From NCBI GenBank assembly GCA_964202905.1, contig CAXNJO010000005.1, positions 1-64,000 on the forward strand: DNA of 64,000 nucleotides, given 5' to 3'. Positions within the stretch are counted from its first letter, which is position 1; each line of letters starts with the position of its first letter. Below the pieces are notes generated by a model. That model had not been told where the DNA came from and searched no databases. It saw only the letters and a list, made by a program, of their open reading frames with translations. The position numbers were made by a program, and so were the translations under genes. This document shows positions 19,795 through 29,679 of the stretch, in pieces. Origin of the DNA: Polyangiales bacterium (lineage in GTDB: Bacteria > Myxococcota_A > Polyangia > Polyangiales > JADJQN01).

Positions 19795-20788
19795 TCAATA
19801 CGAGCGCATCGCCCCGCAGTCGAGGTCCGCGCCCGGATCCGTGCCGAGCAGCGCGGTGAAGCGCTCGAAGTAGCCGATGCGGTCGGCGACGCGCGCGTCG
19901 GGCCCGCGCCCGCACTCGAGGCCGCCGTTGATGATGTTCGCGGTGAGCCCGAAGCCGGCGACACGGCCCGCCTCGAGGTCCGCGGCGCTCGGGACGTAGC
20001 GGCCCGTCATCACGTCGTGGCACGCGGGCTTGGGCGCCTGCGGGGTCATCCAGAACCAGAGGGCGGTGCGGAAGGCGACGGTCGGTTCGCGCGCGACGAG
20101 GCCCGGGTCCGCGAGCAGCGGCAGCCCGAGCGCGGCGCCGCACTGCCCGTAGTTGTAGTTCCACGAGAGCTGGATCGGCCCGCGCCCGAAGTACTTCTCG
20201 CCCGGCGCGCACGGCCACGCGGCGCTCGGCGCGCAGTAGTCCGGCAGCGCGGCGGCCTCGACCGTCGCGCCCTCGGTGATCCAACAGAGCCCCCACGCGT
20301 ACGGGCCATCGGGCGCCGTCGGCCAGCCGCCCGTCGTCTCGTGCCCGACGTTCGCGAGGAAGGCCGCGACCTCACGGCGTCGCGTCGCGTCGTCGCCCTC
20401 GGCCGCGAAGGCGGGGAACGTCGCCGCCGCCTCGAGGAAGGCCGTCGTACGTGTAGAACGCGCCGCGGCAGGGCGCGGTGCCCCGGTGCACGAACATCGC
20501 GTCGAAGAGCGCGCGCGGCACGAGCGCCGCCAGCGACGACGCGCCCGCCGCGCCGTCGACCGCGAGCGACGCATCGGGCACCGACGCATCGGGCACCGAC
20601 GCATCGGGCACCGACGCATCGGGCACCGACGCATCGGGCACCGACGCATCGGAGGCAGACGCGTCCGGCAGCGACGCGTCCGGCAGCGCGGCAGCGGGCG
20701 CGCACCCCAGCGCGGGCGAGAGGGCGACGAGGAGCAGCGACGCAGGTAGGAGGGCGGCGGGGCGCGGGGTGGAGGTCTTCGCGTGCAC
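19795..20788 (-). CDS. GH19 chitinase lipoprotein, plant class I/II-like; +1 frameshift near 20443
   Basis: Lipobox ALGC, PDASV linker, FYTYD/AFLEAA across the shift, [70 protein letters not shown]. Confidence 0.93.
20568..20652. repeat. 15-bp coding tandem repeat x5 plus a partial copy (VPDAS linker)
   Basis: GACGCATCGGGCACC repeated perfectly five times. Confidence 0.95.
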
Positions 20789-20816
20789 GCGCGCAGCGTA
20801 CCGTGCGCGCGCGGCG

Positions 20817-21740
20817 TCAGGGCAGCGCGTCGAAGAGCACGACGTCGACCGCGCCCGGCTCGCCCCGGTAGACGGCGCTCAGGGCGCGCGCGCCGCGGCG
20901 GAGGCGGACGACCTCGGCGCCGTCGCGGGCGCGTGCGGCGGCGACCTCGACGAAGCCCGCCCGCCCGAGCGCGGTCCGGTGCGCGCGCACGACGTCTGCG
21001 CGCGACCCCGCGGCGACGACGTAGGACGCGTAGCGATCGAAGCCGTCGTCGCTCTCGACCGAGAGCGTGCGCCGCGCGCCTGCGGGGGCCGGGATGCCGG
21101 GCAGATCGCGGCCGCCCTCGTCGCGATCGCTCGCGAGGCGGGCCGGGCGGAACGGGCCCTGCGTCCACACGGCGGCCCACGCGGTGTCCGTGCCCTCGGC
21201 GCGCGCGTAGAGGTAGCGGAAGCCGCCGAGCGCCGCGAGATCGCCCGTGCGCGCGTAGCGCTCGACGCGCGCGGCCACCTCGCCTGCGGGCTGCGCCGCG
21301 AGCCCCGCGAGGCACGCGACGTAGCCGTGCTGCGCGTCGCGCGCGCCGAGCACCGCCGCGCTCGCGGGGAGCGCGCCGCCGGGGCGCGGGGCGGGTTGCG
21401 GTGAGCGCTGCGCCGAGGGGAGCGCGTCGCGCGCGGCCTCCGCCGACGGGCAGCGCCGCGCGAAGGCGTCGAGCACCGCGTCCCGCGCGCCCGACGCGCG
21501 CCCCGTCGCGACGACCACGCGCTCGCCGCCGATCGAAAAGCCCCGCGGACCGCGGCGCGCCGGCCCGCCACGCGGGGAGCGCGCGAGCGGCTCGCCGAGC
21601 GAGAGCAGCGCGAGGTCGACCCGCGCGCGCGTCGCGCGCACCTGCACGACACCGAGCGCAGCCGTGACGAGCGCGACGTACGCGGCGAGCCGCGCGACGC
21701 GTGGGAGCAGGCGCCGGACCGTGCCGCGGGGCGTGTCCAC
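20817..21740 (-). CDS. Hypothetical membrane-anchored protein in the Tad locus
   Basis: N-terminal [17 protein letters not shown] and [10 protein letters not shown] segments; typical codon bias; 29 bp upstream of the chitinase on the same strand. Confidence 0.7.
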   Translation of the reverse strand: MDTPRGTVRRLLPRVARLAAYVALVTAALGVVQVRATRARVDLALLSLGEPLARSPRGGPARRGPRGFSIGGERVVVATGRASGARDAVLDAFARRCPSAEAARDALPSAQRSPQPAPRPGGALPASAAVLGARDAQHGYVACLAGLAAQPAGEVAARVERYARTGDLAALGGFRYLYARAEGTDTAWAAVWTQGPFRPARLASDRDEGGRDLPGIPAPAGARRTLSVESDDGFDRYASYVVAAGSRADVVRAHRTALGRAGFVEVAAARARDGAEVVRLRRGARALSAVYRGEPGAVDVVLFDALP

Positions 21741-21769
21741 CGGGGCGGAGGATACGCTACCCTGCGGCC

Positions 21770-22939
21770 GTGAAGGTCCGCGGCGCGCGTACGGCGGGGC
21801 GGTTCGTGCGCGACGACGACGGCGCCGTGATGGTCGTCGGCGCGTTCATGGCGATCCTCGCAACCGGCCTGCTCTACCACCTCGCGGGCGTCGGCGAGAC
21901 GGTGCTCTACCAGGAGCGCCTGCAAGACGCGGCCGACACGGGCGCGTTCGCGGCGGCGGTCGGGCACGCGCGCACCCTGAACGCGCTCGCCGTCGTCAAC
22001 GCGACGATGGCCGTCGTGATGGCCTCGCTCTCGGCGCTGAACCTCTCGGTGATCGCCGCGCAGCTCTGCGTCGACTTCCAGATCATCCGTTTTCCCCGCA
22101 ATTTCTGCCCCGATTTGCTCGCGCGGTACACGGCGATCCACGACGACACCTCGCCCGCGCTGCTCGCCAAGCTGCGGCAGGGCACGGCCGCGGGCGACGC
22201 GCTCGTCGAGACGACCCCGGCCCTCGCCGCGGACGAGGTGGAGCGCCTCGTCACGGCGCGCGCCGGCGGCGCCGTGCGGCGCGCGCTGCTCGTCCCGGCG
22301 CCGCTCGCGGTCGCGCGGACGACGACCGAGCCGCTCTGCGCGCTCGCGAACCTGCACGTCTTCCGCCTCACGCAGGTCGCGATGGGCATCGACCTGCTCG
22401 ACCGCATCATCCCGGCGAGCGAGCCGCGCGTCGGGCGCGAGCTGCCGCACTGCGAGCAGCCCGCGGGCGTCGGCGCGTTCACCACGCGGCCTGCGACGCG
22501 GCCCGTCGGCTCGGACGCGTTCCAGGTGCGCGTCGTGGTCGTCGGCGACACCGCCAAGCTGCGCGGGCTCATGCGCGGCGTGCGCATGCCGGCGCGCGTG
22601 ATCGCGCGGCGCGGCACGGACACGCGCGGGTTCGCGCGGGCGGTGGCGCCCGATCCGCTCGCCACGCTCGTCGTCGCGCAGGCCGAGTACTACTCGAGCT
22701 GGGAGCACGCCAACCTCGCGGAAGACACCGACACGCACTCGGTCGAGGAGGACGCGTTCCACATGGACTGGCGCGCGCGCCTGCGCCGCTTCCGCGTGCG
22801 CACGGGCGAGAGCGCGGGCCACACGGACACGCGCGACGACTACCGGCGCTGGGTGCGGGACGTGCTGCTCCCGGCGTGCGGCGCCCCGTGCGCCGAGACG
22901 GGCACAGCGCTCGAGATCGCGGGCGATGCGCTGCACTGA
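21770..22939 (+). CDS. tadG: TadG-like minor pilin
   Basis: RDDDG|AVMVVGAFMAIL... followed by ERLQDAADTGAFAAA, the Tad N-terminal signature. Confidence 0.8.
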   Translation: MKVRGARTAGRFVRDDDGAVMVVGAFMAILATGLLYHLAGVGETVLYQERLQDAADTGAFAAAVGHARTLNALAVVNATMAVVMASLSALNLSVIAAQLCVDFQIIRFPRNFCPDLLARYTAIHDDTSPALLAKLRQGTAAGDALVETTPALAADEVERLVTARAGGAVRRALLVPAPLAVARTTTEPLCALANLHVFRLTQVAMGIDLLDRIIPASEPRVGRELPHCEQPAGVGAFTTRPATRPVGSDAFQVRVVVVGDTAKLRGLMRGVRMPARVIARRGTDTRGFARAVAPDPLATLVVAQAEYYSSWEHANLAEDTDTHSVEEDAFHMDWRARLRRFRVRTGESAGHTDTRDDYRRWVRDVLLPACGAPCAETGTALEIAGDALH

Positions 22940-23459
22940 GCCCGGCGCGCGCGCGGGGCTCCGCGCCGACGAGCGCGGCGGGGCGAGCGCGGAGGGCGCG
23001 ATCGTCGCGAGCTTCCTCGTGATGATCTTCGCGGCGTGCCTCTTCGTCGCGCAGTCGCTCACGCGCGGCGCGGCCGCGATCGCGACGTCGCGAACCGCCG
23101 TGTGGTCGCGCGCCCTCGACCGCTGCCCGCGCGGCCCCGAGGACGTGCACGTCCAGCGCGCGCTCGGCGGCTACCGGCGCGGCGCGGAGGCGATCTCGCC
23201 CGTGTACGCCGCGCACTTCGACGACGTGCGCGCAGCGCTCGTGACCGCGTCGACGACGCGGAGCGGCACCGCGCCCGAGGCCGCAGGCGGGCGCACGGTG
23301 ACCTTCACCGAGACGTCGGAGACGGCGTGCAACCCGCTCGAGACGCCCTGGGACACCGACCCGCGCGCGGCCGCGCTCGACTACTTCTGCCGGCAGCACC
23401 CCGAGCCGCTCTGGCCCGAGGGCTGCGACCCCGCCGTGACCACGCGCGGGCGGCCCTGA
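22926..23459 (+). CDS. TadE-like pseudopilin
   Basis: LRADERG|GASAEGAIVASFLVMIFAACLFV; overlaps the tadG-like stop. Confidence 0.75.
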   Translation: MRCTEPGARAGLRADERGGASAEGAIVASFLVMIFAACLFVAQSLTRGAAAIATSRTAVWSRALDRCPRGPEDVHVQRALGGYRRGAEAISPVYAAHFDDVRAALVTASTTRSGTAPEAAGGRTVTFTETSETACNPLETPWDTDPRAAALDYFCRQHPEPLWPEGCDPAVTTRGRP

Positions 23460-23533
23460 CGCCCGCATCCGCCGCGCCAGGCCACAGCGACCCACGCGCC
23501 CGAAGCGCCCGTTTCCTCGAGGAGAACCGCACC

Positions 23534-24436
23534 GTGCACGCCGCCCTCCCCCACCCCGCCCCCGCGCCGCGCGCAACCCCGGACACGACGCGCGCGCCGT
23601 CGCCCCCGCGCCGCGGACCCGCCACCACCGCGCGCTTGGCCGCGCTCCTGACCGCGCTGGTCGCCGCCCTCGCCGCGTGCGCATCCGACGCGCGGCGTCC
23701 GGGCGGCGGAGGAGGGCCCGATGGCGGCGCGTTCGACGCAGCAGGCTTCGACGGGGGCGCCTTCGACGCAGGCGCCTTCGACGGGGGCGACGTCGACGGG
23801 GGCGGTGCCGATCTCGGACCCGGGGTCGACGCGGGACCGGCGACCGACGCGGGGCGCGACGCGGGCCCGGTGCCCATCCCGTCGTGCCAGCGCACCTGCG
23901 TCGTCGCGAGCGACTGCGGCAGCGGCACGCCCGCGACCGACACGGACAACTTCGCCTGCAGCGGGGGGCTGTGCAGCTACCTCGGCTGCCGCAGCGACGA
24001 CGAATGCGTCGCGACGTTCGGCGCGGGCGGCGACGACTGGCGCTGCGTCGCGCCCGCGGGCGGCGGCGTCCCGACGTGCACGCGGGGCTGCGTCGCGCCC
24101 GGCGACTGCGCGAGCCCGTCGCCCGCGGTCGACGCCGACAACTACGCCTGCGAGGCGGGGGCGTGCCGCTACCTCGGCTGCCTGAACGACGCCGAGTGCA
24201 CGGCCACCTTCGGCACCGCGGGCGGCACGTGGCGCTGCCGCGACGTCGTGGCCGGGCTGCCCCCGTCGTGCGTGGAGGCCTGCACGGCCCCGGCGGACTG
24301 CGCGAGCCCGTCACCCGCGGTCGACGCCGACAACCACGCGTGCGAGGCGGGCCTCTGCCGCTACCTCGGCTGCCTCAGCGACGCCGAGTGCGACGCGACG
24401 TTCGGCGCACGCAGCGGCGACTACACCTGTCGCTGA
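23534..24436 (+). CDS. Cys-rich lipoprotein with three ~60-aa repeats
   Basis: GGAG RBS, lipobox LAAC, FDAG/FDGG linker, then 3x C..C....DC.S..PA.D.DN.AC..G.C.YLGC..D.EC.ATFG. Confidence 0.85.
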   Translation: MHAALPHPAPAPRATPDTTRAPSPPRRGPATTARLAALLTALVAALAACASDARRPGGGGGPDGGAFDAAGFDGGAFDAGAFDGGDVDGGGADLGPGVDAGPATDAGRDAGPVPIPSCQRTCVVASDCGSGTPATDTDNFACSGGLCSYLGCRSDDECVATFGAGGDDWRCVAPAGGGVPTCTRGCVAPGDCASPSPAVDADNYACEAGACRYLGCLNDAECTATFGTAGGTWRCRDVVAGLPPSCVEACTAPADCASPSPAVDADNHACEAGLCRYLGCLSDAECDATFGARSGDYTCR

Positions 24437-24446
24437 CGGGGCGACC

Positions 24447-24950
24447 TCAACGCCACGCGAGCGCCGGACCGAGCGCGACGAGCGCCCCCGCGAGCACGTA
24501 GGGCGCGAAGCGCACGCGGTGGCGCAGCGCCTCGGGCAGCGCGCGCCCCTGCGCCGCCCCGTACGCAGCGCGCAGCACCGTCGACGTGAGCTCCCCGCGC
24601 CACACGAGGCGACCGACGGCGACGAGCGCGACCGCGGTGAACGCGACGAGCTGCAGCTCGAGGCCGAGCCGCGCGCCGACGAGCCCGCCGAGGGCCGCGG
24701 CGAGTTTCACGTCCCCGCCCCCGATCGCGCCACGCAGCCAGAGCACGAGCGGCACGAGCGCGCACGCGAGCATGGAGACGAGCGCGTACGCGAGCGGCGC
24801 GCCGCCCCCTGCGATCCCCCAGCCGAGCGGGCCGAGCGCGAGCGCGGGCCACGTCAGCCAGCCCGGTACGCGGCCGGTGCGCGCATCGACGAGCGCCGCG
24901 GCCGCCGCGAGGACGAGCGCACCGAGCGACGCCGCGAGCGCCGCGCTCAC
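24447..24950 (-). CDS. cpaA: Prepilin peptidase A24 (CpaA/TadV)
   Basis: LVDARTGRVP and GAIGGGDVKL catalytic aspartate motifs; hydrophobic; FAPY near the end. Confidence 0.9.
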   Translation of the reverse strand: MSAALAASLGALVLAAAAALVDARTGRVPGWLTWPALALGPLGWGIAGGGAPLAYALVSMLACALVPLVLWLRGAIGGGDVKLAAALGGLVGARLGLELQLVAFTAVALVAVGRLVWRGELTSTVLRAAYGAAQGRALPEALRHRVRFAPYVLAGALVALGPALAWR

Positions 24951-25144
24951 GGCACCGGCGAGGTGAGCTGATCGGTGATCCCGCGGTGGTATTCGAGCAG
25001 CGGCCAGCTCAGCGCGCCCACGGCGACCGCCGCGAGCAGCGCGACGAGCACGAGCACCACGGTGTACTCCGTCTGCACTGCGCCGCGCTCGTCGCCGAGG
25101 AGCGCGGCGTCGCGCGCACGCCGCGCGGGACGGGCGCCGCTCAC
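24947..25144 (-). CDS. flp: Flp family pilin
   Basis: 65 aa, LGDERG|AVQTEYTVVLVLVALL (Flp G|xxxxEY motif). Confidence 0.88.
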   Translation of the reverse strand: MSGARPARRARDAALLGDERGAVQTEYTVVLVLVALLAAVAVGALSWPLLEYHRGITDQLTSPVP

Positions 25145-25926
25145 CGCCGACTCGTCGTGAGCGAGAGCCGCCGCGGCATGCGGACGAGGCCGCGGGTCGA
25201 GCCGGGGCGCGCGGGCCGGACACGCGACGGCGGCGCAGGCGATGCGGGGCGCGGCGGCGCGTCGAAGAAGAGAACGTCCGCGCCCGCCGGCATCGTGAAG
25301 GTCGCGCGCGCCGCGCCGTCGCCGACCGGGGCGCCGACCTCGAGCTCGAAGCGCGTCCGCGGCGCCATCGCGACGAGCACGTGCGCGAGGCCCTCGGCGT
25401 CGAGGCGCGCGACCTCGCGTCCATCGACGCGCACCGGCTCGGCGGCGCGCCCGCTCCCGCGCACGAGGAGCACGGCCTGCGCGACGTCACGCGCGCACTC
25501 GAGCGCGATCCGACGCGGCGCCGCGGGCTGCGCGCCCGCCGGCCCGAGCACGAAGGGCGCCGCCGGCTGCGCGAGGTGATGCCCCGCGGGGCACGTGACC
25601 TCGACGCGCACCGCCGTGCCCGCCACCCCGACGGCCGCGGTCCGCACGAGCCCGTCCCCGCCGCTCACCCCCGCGCCTCCGCCCGCCGGTGCGCCGACGC
25701 GCGTCTCGGACCAGACGCGCACGGTCGCGCCCGGCAGCGCGAGCCCGTCCGCGCGCACGCTCACGACGAGGGGCAGCACCGTCGCCTCCGGCGCGGCGCG
25801 GCCGCAGCCCGCGAGCAGCGCGACCCCGAGCCCGCAGGCCGCGAGACAGCGACGGACTGAATCGCGGTTCACCGCGCCGCGCAGCCCTCCGCAGGGGCCC
25901 TGGCCCATCGCTGAACCGCCATTCAT
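25141..25926 (-). CDS. Hypothetical lipoprotein (beta-rich)
   Basis: Lipobox LLAGC; start and stop overlap neighbouring genes in the operon. Confidence 0.7.
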   Translation of the reverse strand: MNGGSAMGQGPCGGLRGAVNRDSVRRCLAACGLGVALLAGCGRAAPEATVLPLVVSVRADGLALPGATVRVWSETRVGAPAGGGAGVSGGDGLVRTAAVGVAGTAVRVEVTCPAGHHLAQPAAPFVLGPAGAQPAAPRRIALECARDVAQAVLLVRGSGRAAEPVRVDGREVARLDAEGLAHVLVAMAPRTRFELEVGAPVGDGAARATFTMPAGADVLFFDAPPRPASPAPPSRVRPARPGSTRGLVRMPRRLSLTTSRR

Positions 25927-27295
25927 CGCGCCGCTCCGCCCACGCGCGCACGCAGCACCCGCGCGACGACCGCGAGCTCCGCGCGCCCCGGCTCCGCTTG
26001 CGCGAGCGCCTCGTACGCGAGCGCCGCCTCCGCGTACCGACGCGCCGCGACGAGCGCCACGGCCTGCGCGAGCGCCGAGGGCGCCGCCTCCGCGGACGGC
26101 GGCACGGAGTCCGTCGCTGCCGCGGCCACGGGCACCGCGGGCGGCCCGGACACCGACGGCAGCCCGGACACCGACGGCAGCGCAGGCACCGCGGGCAGCG
26201 CCGGACACCGACGGCCGCGCGGATACCCGAGGGCAGCGCGGGCACCGAGGGCAACTCGGCCGCGGACGGCAGCGCGGCCGCACGCGACGCGTCGTCACGC
26301 GCGAGCAGCGGCGATGGCTCACGCGAGAGCGCGCCCCACGCGGCCGCAGCGAGCGCGCCGACCACGAGGAGCGCGGCCACCGCGGCGGCGACGCCGCGCG
26401 GCGACGTCAGGCGCGCGCGCAGGGACGCGATGGGGCCCACCGCAGGTGAGCCCGGTGCCGACGACGACGACGACGTCAACGACGGGGTGGCGTACGGGCC
26501 CGCGCTCCCCGTCCACGCGCCCGGCGCCGCCACGCCGAGCGGCGTGCCCGCGGCCTGCGTCGAGGCGTCGCGCGCGATCGCGGGCGCCGTGTCCTCGCCC
26601 GCGGCGCTGGAGGGCGCGTGCCACGGGGACGCGGGCGGCGGCGTGCCTGCCCGGAGCGCACGCGCGGCGCCCGGTCCGAGCGGAGAGGCGCGACCGGGCG
26701 CGCGCTGCGGGACGAGCGTGTCGTCCTCGGAGAGCGGGGTCCACGGCGCGTGCAGCGCGGTCAACGTCGCCGCGGCGTCACCCGGCTCCGACACCGCGCC
26801 CGCCTCGACGCGCGGCGGCGCGGCCACCTCGACGCGCGTCGCCCCGCCCTCGAGCGCGCCGTCGATGCCGGGCAGCGACGCCTCCTGCGTGAGGCTCGCG
26901 TCCTCGGCATGGTCAGAATCCGCGGCCGCGCCGGACCGCGCGCGCAGCGCCGCCGACGAGGAGAGCGCCTCGACGCGGAGCGCGACCTCGCCGAGCGCGA
27001 CCTCGCCGCCGTCGCGCAACGCCGCCCACTCCGCGCCGATCGGCGCGCCGTCGACGCGCACGGGCGCGCCCGGGTCGAGCGCCGCGATCCAGAGGCTCGC
27101 GCCGTCGTAGGCGAGCCGCGCGTGCCGTGGCGCGACGCCCGCGCCGACGAGCGGCCAGTCGCAGTCCGACGAAGACCCGAGTACGAGCCCCTCGGCCGCG
27201 TGCCCCGCCACGAACGACCACGCGCCGCGCGCAGACCGGCCCGCGGAGAGCACCACGCACGCGCCCGCCGCGTCCCCACGGCCCGCCGCGCTCAT
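25923..27295 (-). CDS. FHA-domain membrane protein with a TPR-like C-terminus; frameshifted near 26200-26230
   Basis: LVLGSSSDCDWPLVGAGVAPRHARL...VRVDG...LRDGGEVALGEVAL is FHA-like. A Pro/Ala linker and TM follow; the C-terminus lies in ORF 25923..26189. Confidence 0.8.
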
Positions 27296-27921
27296 GGCGC
27301 CTGCTTCGCCGGGCGGCGCAGGCGCAGCGCCAGCGCGTGCTCCAGCCGCTCGAGCCAATCGACGTACGGCGCGGCCGTGCGCGCGCCGAGCATCGCGCGG
27401 AGCGTCCGCGCCTCGAGCAGCGCGCTGCGCACCTCGTCCGCCTCGAGCGCGCGCTGGAGGCGGAACGCGCGCGTGCGGTAGTCGCCCTCGACGCGACGCT
27501 GCGCCGCGTCCCCGAGGGCGCGCAGGCGCTCGGCCCCCGCGGCGTCGCCCGAGTCGCGGTAGCACGCGTGCGCGCGGCGAAAGCGCGCGACCGCCTCCAC
27601 GCCGTCCTCGGGCGCGAAGGGGTAGCGATCGAGGCCCGCGAGGGCGACCCGCTCGTCCTCCTCCGCGCGCTGGTGCGCGGTGCCGGGCCCGTCGTGCGGG
27701 CACGCGACCGCACCCGCGAAGAGCGGCGGCGCCGCGGCCGGCGGCGCGAGCGACGCGTCGTCGTCGTCCCCCGCGAAGAGCGACCAGAGCAGAACGCCCA
27801 CGATGACGGGCACGCCCGCGAGCACGAGCGGTGACGGGCCCGGACGCGGCGCGCGCGCCTCCTCCGCGGGGGGCGCGGCGGCGTGTGCGTCGAGCGCGGA
27901 CGTCGGCTCCGTCGGGCCCAT
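27292..27921 (-). CDS. Hypothetical membrane-anchored helical protein of the Tad operon
   Basis: Single TM, DRYPFAPEDGVEAV...AHACY; translationally coupled between tadC and the FHA gene. Confidence 0.75.
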   Translation of the reverse strand: MGPTEPTSALDAHAAAPPAEEARAPRPGPSPLVLAGVPVIVGVLLWSLFAGDDDDASLAPPAAAPPLFAGAVACPHDGPGTAHQRAEEDERVALAGLDRYPFAPEDGVEAVARFRRAHACYRDSGDAAGAERLRALGDAAQRRVEGDYRTRAFRLQRALEADEVRSALLEARTLRAMLGARTAAPYVDWLERLEHALALRLRRPAKQAP

Positions 27922-27924
27922 CGC

Positions 27925-28821
27925 TCAGAAGCCTCCCTCGGCGCCGCGGATCACGAACGGCCCCATCAGGACGAGGAGAATCGCACAGAGGATGAGCAGC
28001 AGGGGCACCATCATCAGGACGGCCGCGCGCGCGGCGGCCTCCTCGCCGCGGACGCTGCGGCGCGTGCGCAGCGTGACCGCCTGCACCTGGAGCGCCTCGG
28101 CGAGCGGCGTGCCCTTCTCCTCGGACTGCACGATCGCGCGGACGAAGGTGCGCACGCCGTCCGTCGGCACGCGCTCGGCGAAGAGCGCGAGCGCGCGCTG
28201 CCGCGTCATGCCGAGCTGGAGCTGGCTGAGGATGACCTCGAGCTCCTCGCGCAGCGGGTCGTCCTCGCGGCCCGACTTCGACACGAGCTGCCGCAGCGTC
28301 GCCATGAAGTCGAGGCCCGCGCCCATGCAGAGCGCGGCAAGGTCGATCGCGGGCGGCAGCGCGCGCTCGACCTGCTTCTGCCGCGCGGACGCGACACCCG
28401 TGACCTGCAGGTACGGCACGAGCACGCCGGCGGCCGCGAACACCACGAGCAGCACGGGCGCGAGCTCGAGCGCGGCGAGCCCCACCAACCCGGCGAGCAG
28501 GCCGCCCGCGCCGCCGAGCAGCGAGAGCACGACGAACTCGTTGGCCGTCACGCCGAGCCAGTCCCCGGCGAGCCGCAGCAGCCGATCGAGGCGCGGCCGC
28601 AGCCCGCCGAGCGGGAGCGCCGCCGCGAACGGCGCCAGCCAGCGCAGCGCCGGCTCGAGCGCCGCGAAGAGCCCGCTCTCCGCGCGCGCACGCCGTCGAC
28701 GCAGCCCGCGCAGGCCGAAGCGCTCCGGCTCCGGCAGCGACTCGAGGCCGAGCGCGAAGCCCACGAAGAAGAGCCCCGCGGCGAGCCCGAGCACCGCGCC
28801 GACCGAGAGCAGCCGCGTCAC
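27925..28821 (-). CDS. tadC: TadC (T2SS F family platform protein)
   Basis: ALPPAIDLAALCMGAGLDF, LGMTRQRAL, IVQSEEKGTPLAEAL, EEAAARAAVLMMVPL. Confidence 0.9.
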   Translation of the reverse strand: MTRLLSVGAVLGLAAGLFFVGFALGLESLPEPERFGLRGLRRRRARAESGLFAALEPALRWLAPFAAALPLGGLRPRLDRLLRLAGDWLGVTANEFVVLSLLGGAGGLLAGLVGLAALELAPVLLVVFAAAGVLVPYLQVTGVASARQKQVERALPPAIDLAALCMGAGLDFMATLRQLVSKSGREDDPLREELEVILSQLQLGMTRQRALALFAERVPTDGVRTFVRAIVQSEEKGTPLAEALQVQAVTLRTRRSVRGEEAAARAAVLMMVPLLLILCAILLVLMGPFVIRGAEGGF

Positions 28822-29678
28822 AGGTCCACCGCGAGCACGGCGCGCGCGAAGAGCACCGCGCCGACCCAGAGCGCCGTGGCCCCCGCGACGACGGCATAGC
28901 CGAGCGTCGTGCTGCCGAGCGGCTCGAGCCAGCCGGGGTCGACCGCGTAGATCGCGCCGACGACGACGAAGGGGATCGCGAGCATCACGTAGGCCTGCGC
29001 GCGCGCCTCGGCCGTCTTCGCGCGGAGCACGCCCTCGAGGCGCTGCAACTCGCGGAGCGAGGAGGCCGTCTCCGCGAGCACGGGCCCGAGCTCGCCGCCC
29101 GTCTGCCGCGCGATCACCAGCGCGGCGACGGCGCCCGAGACGAGGTGGCTGTCGAGACGCCGCGCGAAGGCGAGCAGCGCCTCGTCGAGCGAGGTGCCGA
29201 GGCGCGTCTCCTTCACGACGATGTCGAGCTCCTCGCCGAGCGACCCGCCGACGAGTTCCGCGCTCGAGGCGATCCCCTCGCCGAGCGAAGGCGTCGCGTG
29301 GATCGCGTTGCCGAGCATCACGAGCCAGCCGGAGAGCTGCTCCTCGCAGCGCGCGACGCGCTTGCGCCACGCATCCTCGAGCGCGAGCAGCGGCACCCCG
29401 ACGACGAACGGCGCGACCAGCGCGAGCGCGCCCGCGTCGAACACCACCGCGCCGACGAGCAGCGCCCCGACGGCCGTGGCCTCGAGCCGCGCGAGCGTGG
29501 CCCCCGTCGTGCGCGCGCGCACCGCGCGGAGCCCGCGGTCGAGGTGCGCTGCGTAGCGCGCCAACAGCCGCCGCGGCCAGCCCTGCTCGTCCGCCGCGCC
29601 CGCGCCGGCCGCGACGCCGAGCCCGCCGAGCAGCAGCACGACGCCGGCCCATCGGAGCACGAGGGTCGCCGCGCCCAC
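28818..29678 (-). CDS. tadB: TadB (T2SS F family platform protein)
   Basis: ETRLGTSLDEAL, IARQTGGELGPVL, RAKTAEARAQA. Confidence 0.9.
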   Translation of the reverse strand: MGAATLVLRWAGVVLLLGGLGVAAGAGAADEQGWPRRLLARYAAHLDRGLRAVRARTTGATLARLEATAVGALLVGAVVFDAGALALVAPFVVGVPLLALEDAWRKRVARCEEQLSGWLVMLGNAIHATPSLGEGIASSAELVGGSLGEELDIVVKETRLGTSLDEALLAFARRLDSHLVSGAVAALVIARQTGGELGPVLAETASSLRELQRLEGVLRAKTAEARAQAYVMLAIPFVVVGAIYAVDPGWLEPLGSTTLGYAVVAGATALWVGAVLFARAVLAVDL

Positions 29679-29679
29679 C

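Noticed and set aside
25487..28897. 1136-aa FHA protein
   Set aside because: The region resolves into tadC, a hypothetical gene and an FHA gene starting at 27295, with coupled start/stop codons.
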